Assembly (NCBI GenBank): GCA_050916045.1
Contig: CP051526.1
Span: forward strand, 3,840,001 to 3,904,000
DNA: 64,000 nucleotides
Reading direction: 5' to 3'
From: Tepidisphaera sp.
GTDB lineage: Bacteria; Planctomycetota; Phycisphaerae; Phycisphaerales; UBA1924
The position numbers and the translations under genes were made by a program. This document shows positions 28,808 through 38,316 of this stretch, in pieces. Numbering within the stretch: the first letter of the stretch is position 1; each line of letters begins with the position of its first letter. The notes below the pieces were generated by a model that was not told the origin of the DNA, made no database searches, and saw only the letters and a program-made list of their open reading frames with translations.

Positions 28808-28936
28808 AACACGGTTCCAATTCGAAGCGAGCGTTTCACGGACCATGATGTGGCCCGTCGGAAGCGCTTTTTGTTCGTGAAATGCCCCGCTTCGGGTATG
28901 CTGACGACGCGGGCGAGTGCCCACCCGGAGTGTGCG

Positions 28937-31780
28937 ATGAGAATTCGAAGCGTTGTGTGCCTGAGCGCGGCGTTGGCCTGTGGAATGCCCGCCGTCGCGG
29001 ACGTGCCCCCCGGGTTCGTCGACCAGATCGTCGTCGGCGGATGGAACCAGGCCGTCGGCGTCACGTTCGACGCGAGCGGCAAAGCTTTCGTCTGGGAGAA
29101 AGGCGGGCGCGTCTGGCGCGTGGTCAACGGCGTCCGCGACCCCGAGCCGGTGATCGACATCTCGCAGGAAGTTGGCGACTGGCGCGACCTTGGCCTGCTC
29201 GGTTTCGCGCTGGACCCCAATTTCGCGACCAACGGGCACATCTACCTGCTCTACACCGTCGACTACCACCACCTTCGTTACTTCGGCACGCCGCAGTACA
29301 GCCCGACGACCGACGAGTACTTCCGCGACACGATCGGCCGCCTCACGCGATACACCTGCGAGGAGCACGACGGCCAACTGCACGCGCACGCCGACACGCG
29401 CCTCGTGCTGATCGGCGAGACGATGTCGACGGGCATCCCGTGCGCACACCAGTCGCACCACATCGGCACCGTCGCGTTCGGAGGCGACGGCTCGCTGCTC
29501 GTGGGCGCGGGGGACGGCGCGAGCTACGAGGAGGTCGATAACGGTGGGCCGCGGAACGGTTCGAGCAACACCGCGCTCGCGGACGGCATCATCACGCAAG
29601 CGGAGAACGTCGGTGCGTTCCGGTCCCAGCTCCCCGATTCGCTCGCGGGCAAGATCCTGCGGATTGATCCCGCCACGGGCAACGGCATGCCGGGCAACCC
29701 GTACTACAACGCGGCGAGCCCGCGCTCGGCCCGCTCCCGCGTCTGGGCTCTTGGGTTCCGCAATCCCTTCCGCTGGAGTGTGCGTCCGGGCACGGGCGGG
29801 AGCGGCGCGGGGCCGGGCACGCTCTACGTCGGCGATGTGGGGTGGTTCCTGCGCGAAGAGATCAACGTGATCCGGAGCGGGGGACAGAACTGCGGCTGGC
29901 CGCTCTTTGAAGGCCTGACGCCATCCACGGTCGGGTATGTCGCGGCTTCCCCGTTCAATCGCAGCGCCCTCAACCCGCTCTTCCCGGCCCAGTGCGCCGA
30001 CCAGTACTTCCGCTTCCGCGACCTGATCGTGCAGGACACCCTCGCGGCCCCGTCGTGGCCCAACCCGTGCAACCCGGGCTTGCAGGTCCCCGCGAGCATC
30101 CCGCGCTTCGAGCACACGCGTCCCGCGATGGAGTACGGGCACGGCGGCGCCACGCGCGTGGGCATCTACAACGGCAACAACGCCGCCGAGATCGACATCA
30201 CCGCGCCCGGCTCGCCCGTCGCGGGCGTCGCCTTCCCCGGAGACTCGGTCACGGGCGGCGTCTGGGTCAGCAGCGGAGGAACGGGCGGGTCCTTCCCCAC
30301 CGAATGGCGCGACCGGTACTACGCCGCGGACTTTGTCGGCGGGCGGATCCTCGCGATGACCTTCGACGCCGCCGACCGCCTCGTCGACACGCGCACCTTC
30401 CAGACCACCGCGGGCTCGGTCGTCTGTCTCGCCCAGAGCCCCGACGGCTGGCTCTATTACATCGCCTACGACCAGGTCGGCAACGCGAACCTCCGGCGGA
30501 TCTCCTACGGCACGGACGGCCCGCCCGTCGCGGCCATCGCCGCAACGCCGCGCTTCGGCCCGCTCCCCCTCACCGTGTCCTTCTCGAGCGCGGGGAGCCG
30601 CGACCCCGAGGGCCTGCCGGTCTCTTACTTCTGGGATTTCGGCGACGGCTCCTTCAGCACCGAAGCCAACCCCACGCACACGTACACCGGCGCCCGCGAC
30701 ATCACCGCGGGCGGCACCTTCATCGCCCGCGTCAACGAATTCTCACCCCCCGGCCCGCAGGGGGGCGGCAACCGCGACCCCGAGATCCTCCGCGATGGCT
30801 TTTACCCACCGGTGGGCGGCAACAACAGCTTCCTCCAGTACGACACCTTCCACTTCGGCGACCAGAACACGCCCGACGGCAGCGGGGACGACTGGATCGG
30901 CTGGACCTTCCCCGAGGCGTGGACATTCACCGGCCTGATCTTCCAGGAGGGGATCCACTTCTTCGACGGGGGCTGGTTTGATTCGCGGCGGGTCGAAGTT
31001 CGCGGGACCGACGGCGTCTGGCGGCAGGCCCCGGGCCTTGTCTTCCGTCCGTCGTACTTCGGCAACAACGGCGTCAACTTCGAAGCCTTCCTCGTGAGCT
31101 TTGACGCGCGGACGGGCACGGGGATCCGCCTCCGCGGCAACCCCGGCGGCTCGGCCAACTTCATCTCGGCGGCCGAGCTCCGCGTGCTGGCCCAGCCGCT
31201 GAACAACACGTCCCCGCAGCGGTTTGACCCGGTCCTCTACGTCATCGACGGCCTCGGGCAGGTCGGGGCGGCCACGACGATCATCTCCCCCAACAACACG
31301 CCCCCCGTCATCCAGATCGTGAGCCCGGTCGATGGCTCGGTCTTCAACGACACCGCCCCGCAGCAGGTCCCGCTCACCGCCACCGTGAACGACGCCGAGC
31401 ACCCGCCGGCCCAGCTCTCCTGCCGGTGGGATGTCATCCTCCGGCACGATGACCACGCCCACCCCGAGCCCCCGATCCTGGACTGCGCCCCCGCTTCGGC
31501 CCGCATCGAGGGGCACGGGGATGTTGGCGATGTCTTCTTCTGGCTCTTCCAGTACACCGTGACCGACGCCCACGGCCTCTCGACCACCGCGACGGCCCGG
31601 ATCGATGCCGCGTGCCGCGCGGACTTCAACGCCGACGGGTTCGTCGATTTCTTCGACTACGACGGGTACGTCGAGGCGTACGAGACGGGGACCCCCTTCG
31701 CGGACTTCAACCGCGATGGGTTCACCGACTTCTTCGACTACGACGGGTTTGTGGAGGCGTTCGAGGCGGGGTGCCCGTAA
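28937..31780 (+). CDS. Glucose/sorbosone dehydrogenase-like propeller + PKD domain + dockerin-like tail
   Basis: GLLGFALDPNF, GKILRI, GFRNPFR, GDVG; PKD WDFGDG; ends EAGCP. Confidence 0.88.
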   Translation: MRIRSVVCLSAALACGMPAVADVPPGFVDQIVVGGWNQAVGVTFDASGKAFVWEKGGRVWRVVNGVRDPEPVIDISQEVGDWRDLGLLGFALDPNFATNGHIYLLYTVDYHHLRYFGTPQYSPTTDEYFRDTIGRLTRYTCEEHDGQLHAHADTRLVLIGETMSTGIPCAHQSHHIGTVAFGGDGSLLVGAGDGASYEEVDNGGPRNGSSNTALADGIITQAENVGAFRSQLPDSLAGKILRIDPATGNGMPGNPYYNAASPRSARSRVWALGFRNPFRWSVRPGTGGSGAGPGTLYVGDVGWFLREEINVIRSGGQNCGWPLFEGLTPSTVGYVAASPFNRSALNPLFPAQCADQYFRFRDLIVQDTLAAPSWPNPCNPGLQVPASIPRFEHTRPAMEYGHGGATRVGIYNGNNAAEIDITAPGSPVAGVAFPGDSVTGGVWVSSGGTGGSFPTEWRDRYYAADFVGGRILAMTFDAADRLVDTRTFQTTAGSVVCLAQSPDGWLYYIAYDQVGNANLRRISYGTDGPPVAAIAATPRFGPLPLTVSFSSAGSRDPEGLPVSYFWDFGDGSFSTEANPTHTYTGARDITAGGTFIARVNEFSPPGPQGGGNRDPEILRDGFYPPVGGNNSFLQYDTFHFGDQNTPDGSGDDWIGWTFPEAWTFTGLIFQEGIHFFDGGWFDSRRVEVRGTDGVWRQAPGLVFRPSYFGNNGVNFEAFLVSFDARTGTGIRLRGNPGGSANFISAAELRVLAQPLNNTSPQRFDPVLYVIDGLGQVGAATTIISPNNTPPVIQIVSPVDGSVFNDTAPQQVPLTATVNDAEHPPAQLSCRWDVILRHDDHAHPEPPILDCAPASARIEGHGDVGDVFFWLFQYTVTDAHGLSTTATARIDAACRADFNADGFVDFFDYDGYVEAYETGTPFADFNRDGFTDFFDYDGFVEAFEAGCP

Positions 31781-31786
31781 CGAGAC

Positions 31787-31813
31787 TCACCACAGAGGCT
31801 CAGAGGCACAGAG
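31787..31813 (+). repeat. Solo REP-like arm (TCACCACAGAGG family)
   Basis: TCACCACAGAGGCTCAGAGGCACAGAG, similar to 33461-33487. Confidence 0.75.
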
Positions 31814-31932
31814 CAGAAGGGTTGTCGGGGTGGGGGTGGGGGTGGGGGCGGTGGGGGCGAAAGAAGGCTCCGAGGAGGACGTGCGTGCCGCTCATCGGAG
31901 CCCTCTCGCCAAGGGTGCTCAGGTTTCAGCGC

Positions 31933-32622
31933 TTACGCGGCGAGTTGCAGCGTGGCGTTGGTCGCCTGCGGGCCACCAATCCCGAACGTCACGTTCACCG
32001 CTTCGCTCGACACGCCCACGAGCGTCCCGCGCCGGGGCGTCACGACGTACGAGACGGTCGCGGTGCCGGCGGGGAGGGTGTCATCCGTAAAGGTCGTCCG
32101 GCGGCCCCCGCCGCCCACGCCCGGGGTGCCGCCGATGGTCAGGTACGGCCCGCCCGCCCCGAGCCTTCTTTGAACGGTGAAGAACCCACCCGTGCTCGCG
32201 GCGGAGTTCTCGCTCTCAAAGCTCAGCGTGAGGGCCCCCGTCGGCTCGATCGTGACCGCGAAGCTCGTCGGCTGCGAGGGGGCGGTGGCCGGGGTCGGGG
32301 GCGAGGGCGGCGGGATCTGGGCGAGCCCGTACACGTTGGGGTCGTTCTTGCTCTCGGCGTACGCCTTGATCACCGCGATGAGGTCGGAAGCCACCTCGCG
32401 CATGGACCGCGTGTTGTTGTGGAACGTCGTGGTCGCCCCCTTGGACGCCTGCCGCGCGGTCTGGGCCGCCGAATAGCTCGCGCGGGCCGCCGTGGTCAGC
32501 GTGGCCAGCCCGGCGACTTGGGCGCTGGTCAAACCAATGGCCGCCCCCTGCTGGGCCCAGATCGGATTGTGTGTTTCGCAGAACTGAATTTGTTCGAGTT
32601 TGGAATCAGGAAGAATCGGCAT
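31933..32622 (-). CDS. Cytoplasmic protein: helical N-domain, Pro linker, FN3-like C-domain, ends in LAA
   Basis: GGAG RBS; no signal peptide; FTVQRR...FTDDTLP...YVVTPRR beta pattern. Confidence 0.7.
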   Translation of the reverse strand: MPILPDSKLEQIQFCETHNPIWAQQGAAIGLTSAQVAGLATLTTAARASYSAAQTARQASKGATTTFHNNTRSMREVASDLIAVIKAYAESKNDPNVYGLAQIPPPSPPTPATAPSQPTSFAVTIEPTGALTLSFESENSAASTGGFFTVQRRLGAGGPYLTIGGTPGVGGGGRRTTFTDDTLPAGTATVSYVVTPRRGTLVGVSSEAVNVTFGIGGPQATNATLQLAA

Positions 32623-32796
32623 GTGGTATCTCCAGAGGGTTCGCTTGCAACATTGCACACGTTGCCTCAAGCGTCGTTTCTTTCATCCCGCGAACTTGCG
32701 AATTTATCTGGCTCATGTTTGTGCCGCGCCAAGGCCCTTCCGCCCCCTCCCCAAATGAATAGTTCTCGGGCGTCCTCGGCGATGATCAACGCCCGC

Positions 32797-32964
32797 GTCG
32801 GCCATCGACGCTGGCAGGTTGAGGACCGACGACGGGCCGTCGAAAGGAGACCCCGGCACGTCGGGAACCGACGCCGGGCCGTCGAGAGCCGACCTTGGCA
32901 GGTCGGGAACCGACCCCGGCACGTCGGGAGCAGACCCGGGCGTGTCGGCGGCCGATGCGGCCTC
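32797..32964. repeat. Tandem array of 8 degenerate 21-bp units with GTCG-N5-CGAC core
   Basis: Units start at 32797, 32818, 32839, 32860, 32881, 32902, 32923, 32944. Confidence 0.88.
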
Positions 32965-33007
32965 TCCCCTCCCCGAACAGAGCCTTTCACCCTGTTAGAA
33001 TCGCCCT

Positions 33008-33406
33008 GTGAGCACCCACCGCGAGATATCGCCCGAGAGCATCGCCCGGCGTCGGCCGCCGACGCTCCGACGGGTGTTGGTGACCTGGACCACGATCCAG
33101 ATCCTGTTGATTCTCGTGCTGGTGATTCTCCTGATTCCCCAGGTCGGAGCGCCTTCGGGCTTCGGCACCACCGCTGTTCTGCTGGGGGTTCTCGTAGCAT
33201 TGTCTTTGAACGCCTCTACTCGCGCGGCAAAGAACAAGCTCGCGGCCAAGGCCCCCGGCCTCTGCCCCGCGTGCGAGTACGCGCTCGAGGTCACCACCGC
33301 GACGCCCGCCGACGAGCCCGTCCGCTGCCCCGAGTGCGGCCACGCGGACACCGCGGGGGGCGTTCGCATGTTCTGGGAAGTCCACGTCGGCAAGCCCTCG
33401 CCCTGA
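33008..33406 (+). CDS. Membrane protein with C-terminal zinc ribbon (paralog 4)
   Basis: Two TM helices; CPACEY...CPECG; TAGAAT 6 nt upstream of GTG. Confidence 0.75.
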   Translation: MSTHREISPESIARRRPPTLRRVLVTWTTIQILLILVLVILLIPQVGAPSGFGTTAVLLGVLVALSLNASTRAAKNKLAAKAPGLCPACEYALEVTTATPADEPVRCPECGHADTAGGVRMFWEVHVGKPSP

Positions 33407-33459
33407 TCCGCGAGGGGTGGCGTCTTTCGCCGCGTCCTAGGACGGAAATCCAAAGACAA

Positions 33460-33542
33460 TTCACCACAGAGGCACAGAGACACCGAGAGGGCAAGAACAC
33501 CACCCCCCGCCTTTCTCCGTGACTCTGTGCCTCTGTGGTGAA
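33460..33542. repeat. REP-like doublet (28-bp inverted arms)
   Basis: TTCACCACAGAGGCACAGAGACACCGAG / CTCCGTGACTCTGTGCCTCTGTGGTGAA, 2 mismatches. Confidence 0.88.
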
Positions 33543-33562
33543 CTTTCCTACCCTCCCCCACC

Positions 33563-34624
33563 ATGTCCACCAAACCGCGCATTCTGACCGGCGACACCCC
33601 CACCTCCACGGGCCTGCACCTGGGGCACTTCGTGGGGTCGCTCGAGAATCGGCTCAAGCTGCAGGATGAGTACGACTGCTACTTCCTCATCGCGAACGTC
33701 CACGCGTTCACCACCCTCAGCGAGAAGCCGGCGGACATCCGGGCCAACACCATCGGGATCGTCAAGGACTGGCTCGCGGTGGGCCTGGACCCCAAACGCA
33801 GCACCTTCGTCCTCCAGAGCGAGATCCCCGCGATCGCGGAACTCACCTTCCTCTTTGCGATGTTGATTTCGTTCAACAAGGTGATGCGGAACCCGACGCT
33901 CAAGACCGAGATCGAGACCAAGGGCCTGGGCGACACCTACCCCTTCGGCTTCCCGATGTACGCGGTGGGCCAGTGCGCGGACATCCTCGCCTTCCGGCCC
34001 GAGCTCGTGCCCGTGGGTGAGGACCAGGAAGCCCACATCGAGATGTGCCGCGACGTCGCGGTGAAGTTCAACCAGCTCTACTGCGGCGTCGGCAACCGCG
34101 TGGAACCCAAGGACCATGCGAAAGCGGGCGGAGTCTTCCCCATCCCCGCCGCCAAGCTCGGCCGCGTCGCCCGCCTGGTCGGGACCGACGGCGTCAACAA
34201 GATGAGCAAGTCCCTCGGCAACGCCATCTTCCTCTACGACACCGAGAAGCAGGTCCAGAAGAAGATCAACGGCATCGTCACCGGCCGAGCGACCCCGACC
34301 AGCCCCATCGATGAGAAGAACGCCCTGATCCAGCTCTGCGAAGCGTTTGTACCCGCCGAGCGCGTCGCGGAGATCAAAGCCGACTACGCCAGCGGGAAAG
34401 AAGTGATGGACGGGCACATCAAGGCGGAACTCGGGGCCGCGATCAACACGCTCATCGGGCCCATGCGCGAGCGGCGGGCCAAGTACGAGACGCCCGAGGG
34501 TGAAGAGATCGTCCTGGATGTCATCCGGGACGGCGTGAAGCGTGCGAACAAGGTCGCCGAAGAAACGCTCGCGGCCGCGAAGAAAGCCATGAAGCTCGAC
34601 TTCGTCACACGCACGATCGGCTAG
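33563..34624 (+). CDS. trpS: Tryptophan--tRNA ligase
   Basis: HLGH, VPVGEDQ, KMSKS. Confidence 0.95.
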   Translation: MSTKPRILTGDTPTSTGLHLGHFVGSLENRLKLQDEYDCYFLIANVHAFTTLSEKPADIRANTIGIVKDWLAVGLDPKRSTFVLQSEIPAIAELTFLFAMLISFNKVMRNPTLKTEIETKGLGDTYPFGFPMYAVGQCADILAFRPELVPVGEDQEAHIEMCRDVAVKFNQLYCGVGNRVEPKDHAKAGGVFPIPAAKLGRVARLVGTDGVNKMSKSLGNAIFLYDTEKQVQKKINGIVTGRATPTSPIDEKNALIQLCEAFVPAERVAEIKADYASGKEVMDGHIKAELGAAINTLIGPMRERRAKYETPEGEEIVLDVIRDGVKRANKVAEETLAAAKKAMKLDFVTRTIG

Positions 34625-34644
34625 TCCCGAGACCCTCGCTCGCA

Positions 34645-35127
34645 TCAGAGCGGGCTTGGCCCGAGGATCTCGATCCCGTGGGCGGCGGCGTGGGCCATGA
34701 TCCGCGCGATCATCTCCTGATCCGCCGGAGCCGCTCCACTCGCCGTCGGGGCGCCGATCTTGGCGTAGAACGCTTCGAAGTTCGCCGGGGGGCTCACGAA
34801 GAGAAGCATCCGGGCCCGGGCGGCGGTGCGGTTCTTGAACGTGTGCACCGAGCCGCGCGGCGCGAAGACGAACGTCCCCGGCCCCGCCTCGGCCGTCTTG
34901 CCATCGCAGTGGAACGAGACCACACCCTCCAGAATCCAGAACGCCTCATCCTCGTGCGTGTGCCGGTGCAGGGGCGGGCCGGCCCCGGGCTCGACGGTGT
35001 ATTCCGCGAGGGAGTAGGCGTTGCCGGAGTGGGCGGAAGTCAGCTTTTGGACCAGAACATCGCCGCCGGGGGCGAACAGGACCGTCCCGGAACCCGGAGC
35101 GATGACGAGTGGTGTGAGATTGGGCAT
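34645..35127 (-). CDS. Cupin domain protein
   Basis: GPPLHRHTHEDEAFWILEG...PRGSVHTF; start uncertain. Confidence 0.85.
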   Translation of the reverse strand: MPNLTPLVIAPGSGTVLFAPGGDVLVQKLTSAHSGNAYSLAEYTVEPGAGPPLHRHTHEDEAFWILEGVVSFHCDGKTAEAGPGTFVFAPRGSVHTFKNRTAARARMLLFVSPPANFEAFYAKIGAPTASGAAPADQEMIARIMAHAAAHGIEILGPSPL

Positions 35128-35248
35128 GTCCGATTGTTGGATCCTTGCTCCGGGCTGAAATTCGACCGCCGCATCCGCCGAAGAAGGGCCTGGGTATACC
35201 ATCCGGCGGGCCCCGTTGTTCGGGGCCTGTCAGAGATAGAAAGGGATC

Positions 35249-37027
35249 ATGATGCTTCTGAACGCAATCGTCCGTCGCACCGCCCCCGTGTCGATGGGCT
35301 TGGCCCTCACGCTCCTGGCGGGCACCGCGCTCGCCGACCTTCCCCCGGCGCTGGACCGCACGCCGTCGGGAGCGGCGGTGACGATCGCCGTCCGCGACAT
35401 CAGCAAGACGCGCTCGAACTTCGAGCGGATCCTCCGGCAGTTCAACGATGAAGCCGCCGAGGGGATGGCCGAGCTCGACATGATCACCGAGGCCGAGGGC
35501 TTCAACAAGACCGGATCGATGTCGTTCGTGATGCTCGGGGACCCCGCCAGCGAGACCTTCGCCGCCGAGGGCCTGGTGCTCATCCTGCCGATCTCGGACT
35601 GGGGCAAGTTCGCCGCGGGGATGGGCGGCGAAGCGGGCAAGAAGACCACCGAGCTTCCCAACCTCAACCCCGGCGTGGTCGGCATGGACCTGGGCGGCGG
35701 GTACGCCGCTCTGGGCATGGGCGATGCGCTGACCGCGTTCAAGGATGTCTCCGGGCAGATCAAGGAGCACAAAGCCCAGCTTGGCGCGACGGGCGCCGCC
35801 GTGGCCGAGTCCGCCGACGTCGTCGCGTTCATCAACGTCCAGAAGTTCTCGATGCAGATCGACGCGATGGTCGAGCAGGCCAAGAGCGAGATGCAGATGT
35901 ACGCCGGGATGGCCGCGGGCGGCAACCCCGAAGCGGAGAAGGGCATCCAGGACCTGATGCAGGGCTTCAGCGAGTTCGCCCGCGACGCCCAGTCCTTCGC
36001 GATCGCCCTCTCGGCCAAGGACGGCAACACCGCGATGGACATGGCGGTGCACTTCAAGGAAGGCTCGCTCTCCCAGAAGCGGTTCACGCACACGGGCGGC
36101 CTCTCAGGGGCTTCGAGCATCGTCGGCTCCATGCCCAAGATGCCGTTCCTCACGGCCTTCGCGATGGACATGTCCCACCCCTTCATCAAGAGCACCGTCG
36201 CCCGGATGAATGAGCTCTCCAAAGCCGGGGGCAATGCCGCCGGCGTCGGCGGGATGTGGACCGGCTCGATGGAGAAGGTCGACGCCGTCGGGTTCATGCT
36301 CGGGTCCAACCCCGCGCTCCTCTCGACCGGCCTCTTCGCCAAAGCCCTGACGTTCCAGCAGACCAAGGACCCCGCCGGCCTCCTCAACGACCAGCGCGCC
36401 GCCATCGGCAAGATGTCGATGAACCAGGACGGCATCAAGGTCGACGCCAAGCTCACCCCCGACGCGGTCGAGATCGCCGGCCAGAAGGTCGACAAGCTCA
36501 AGACCACGATCGAGATCGACCCCGACTCCCCCGCCGCTCAGGCGCAGCAGTTCCTCACCCTCTTCACCGGCACCTCCGGCGAGATGGGCGGGATGATGAC
36601 CGCGACCAAGACCGGCGTGCTCGCGACCATGAGCGCCAACACCGAGCTGATGACCAAAGCCATCCAAGCCCAGAAGGGCGAGGGCTCGCTCGCGACCGAC
36701 GCTGAGTTCAAAGCCGTCGCGGCTTCGCTCCCCGACAACCGCGCGTTCGAGGGGTACCTGGGCGTCAAGGGCCTGTCGGACACCATCGCCGGAGTTCTCC
36801 AGCTCTTCGGCCAGCCGATGCCCGTTGAGATCAAGGATGAGCTGCCCCCCATCGGCCTGGGCGTGACGGCCGGCACCGGCGGCCTCCGCGCTCGCCTGGT
36901 CGTCCCCGACAAGGTCGTCGCGACCTTCGCCGATGTCGCCAAGAAGATGCAGGAGATGCAGGAAGGCGAAGCCCCCGCCGAGCAGCCGGCGGATCAGCCC
37001 GGCGAACGCCGCAAGCCGCGCCTCTGA
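35249..37027 (+). CDS. Secreted hypothetical protein (DUF3352-like architecture possible)
   Basis: Signal peptide ending ALA; strong codon bias; followed by a terminator. Confidence 0.7.
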   Translation: MMLLNAIVRRTAPVSMGLALTLLAGTALADLPPALDRTPSGAAVTIAVRDISKTRSNFERILRQFNDEAAEGMAELDMITEAEGFNKTGSMSFVMLGDPASETFAAEGLVLILPISDWGKFAAGMGGEAGKKTTELPNLNPGVVGMDLGGGYAALGMGDALTAFKDVSGQIKEHKAQLGATGAAVAESADVVAFINVQKFSMQIDAMVEQAKSEMQMYAGMAAGGNPEAEKGIQDLMQGFSEFARDAQSFAIALSAKDGNTAMDMAVHFKEGSLSQKRFTHTGGLSGASSIVGSMPKMPFLTAFAMDMSHPFIKSTVARMNELSKAGGNAAGVGGMWTGSMEKVDAVGFMLGSNPALLSTGLFAKALTFQQTKDPAGLLNDQRAAIGKMSMNQDGIKVDAKLTPDAVEIAGQKVDKLKTTIEIDPDSPAAQAQQFLTLFTGTSGEMGGMMTATKTGVLATMSANTELMTKAIQAQKGEGSLATDAEFKAVAASLPDNRAFEGYLGVKGLSDTIAGVLQLFGQPMPVEIKDELPPIGLGVTAGTGGLRARLVVPDKVVATFADVAKKMQEMQEGEAPAEQPADQPGERRKPRL

Positions 37028-37051
37028 TCGTCAATCTCTCGTGAAATCACA

Positions 37052-37089
37052 AAGCCCCGCGTCGCAGGACGCGGGGCTTCTTTGTTTTT
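37052..37089 (+). terminator. Intrinsic terminator
   Basis: AAGCCCCGCGTC-GCAG-GACGCGGGGCTT followed by a T-rich tract. Confidence 0.85.
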
Positions 37090-37107
37090 GTTTCGGGGCA
37101 ACCGGGT

Positions 37108-38217
37108 TCAGGGCCGGCGGACCGGGAGGTCCACGTCCATGTTCTCAAAGACGCGCTGGGCGACCTCGTCGATCTCGGCGAGCACCTTCTTGCGCTCGTC
37201 GTCGCTGAGCTTGTCCATCACCAGCCTGCGCTGAAGCTCACCGAACCGGCGCAGGTCCTCGGCCCGGCGGAGTTCGCGCTGGGCGACGGCTTCCCGGCCG
37301 CTTCCGAACCGCGACAGCGTCGGACGGCCGACCTCGCCGCCGGACTCGCGCGGCGAACCGCCGGCGGTAAGCGTCAGGTCGCCCCATGGCATCGTCGTAG
37401 GGTCCGGGCTCGTGCCGGGCGCCGGCTGCTTGAGGCGTTCCCACGCCGCCGCGTCAAGGCCGATGTCGATTGTGGAAGATGCAGTCTCGCGCTTCTCCCG
37501 AGCTTCACGCAGATCCGACACGCGAAGGTCCCACGCGCGGCGGCAATCCTCGATCGTCACGCTGTCCCGCCAGCCCATCTGCGGGAGCGAGTCAAAGCTG
37601 CCAAGCTTGAGCCTGAGCGTCAGCGGCCGTCCCTGCCGAACGACGCGCATCGTCACTTCCGTGCCCGGCGGATGCATCACGATCGCGTGGCGAAGGTCGC
37701 GGCGGTTGGAGACCGAGTGGCCCGCGATCGAGAGGATCTCATCGCCGACCTGAAGCACGCGTTGGGCTTCGAAACCCTCGTGAAGCTCGCGCACCTGCAT
37801 CGTCTCGCCGAAGTAAGTGATGCCCATCGCGGCCCGCGGCGTCTGGTAGAGCACAGTCGGACCAAGCTGCTCGAGGCGAAGGCGCTGCTCCGGCGTGGCC
37901 GAAGGCTTCTGAATCGCTTCCTCGAGTTGCTCCTGCGACATTCCGACGTTCGCGAGCGCCTGCTCGGCGGCTTGGCGGACGAAGAGCGAGGGATCGTTGA
38001 GCTTGGCGATGAGGGAGGGAATGTCCTGCTTGGTGGGCTTGCTCTCGCGAACGGCGGGGAGCGCGCTCTCGTCAGGCTGAGCGCCCGGCTGCGCGGGCAC
38101 ATCGGGGGCGATCTGCGGAGCCGAAGCGGGCGGCGGAGGCGCGATCAACTGCGCCGAGACATTCGCGGCCAAACCGGCTGCTGCCCAGACCAACGCGAGC
38201 TGCGTTTCCGCTTTCAT
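37108..38217 (-). CDS. Secreted PDZ-domain protein
   Basis: Signal peptide; AAMGITY...LQVGDEILSIAG...VVRQG. Confidence 0.8.
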   Translation of the reverse strand: MKAETQLALVWAAAGLAANVSAQLIAPPPPASAPQIAPDVPAQPGAQPDESALPAVRESKPTKQDIPSLIAKLNDPSLFVRQAAEQALANVGMSQEQLEEAIQKPSATPEQRLRLEQLGPTVLYQTPRAAMGITYFGETMQVRELHEGFEAQRVLQVGDEILSIAGHSVSNRRDLRHAIVMHPPGTEVTMRVVRQGRPLTLRLKLGSFDSLPQMGWRDSVTIEDCRRAWDLRVSDLREAREKRETASSTIDIGLDAAAWERLKQPAPGTSPDPTTMPWGDLTLTAGGSPRESGGEVGRPTLSRFGSGREAVAQRELRRAEDLRRFGELQRRLVMDKLSDDERKKVLAEIDEVAQRVFENMDVDLPVRRP

Positions 38218-38316
38218 CGTCGATCTCCGTGACGCTGCCGCGAAGAGCAGTCCCCGCTCTTTCGCCGTAGGCAATGGTATCACCAGTCCTTGCGTCCGGG
38301 ATTCCCCTGTTCAAGG

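Noticed and set aside
27119..30679. 1186-aa minus-strand ORF and many other long antisense ORFs
   Set aside because: Shadow frames of well-supported genes (here metG and the GSDH-like gene), expected in high-GC DNA.
32797..32964. CRISPR array
   Set aside because: Period is only 21 nt, with no constant repeat plus unique spacer structure and no cas genes in the window.
31612..33522. 636-aa plus-strand ORF
   Set aside because: Runs across REP arms, antisense to one gene and out of frame with another; Arg-rich composition is not protein-like.
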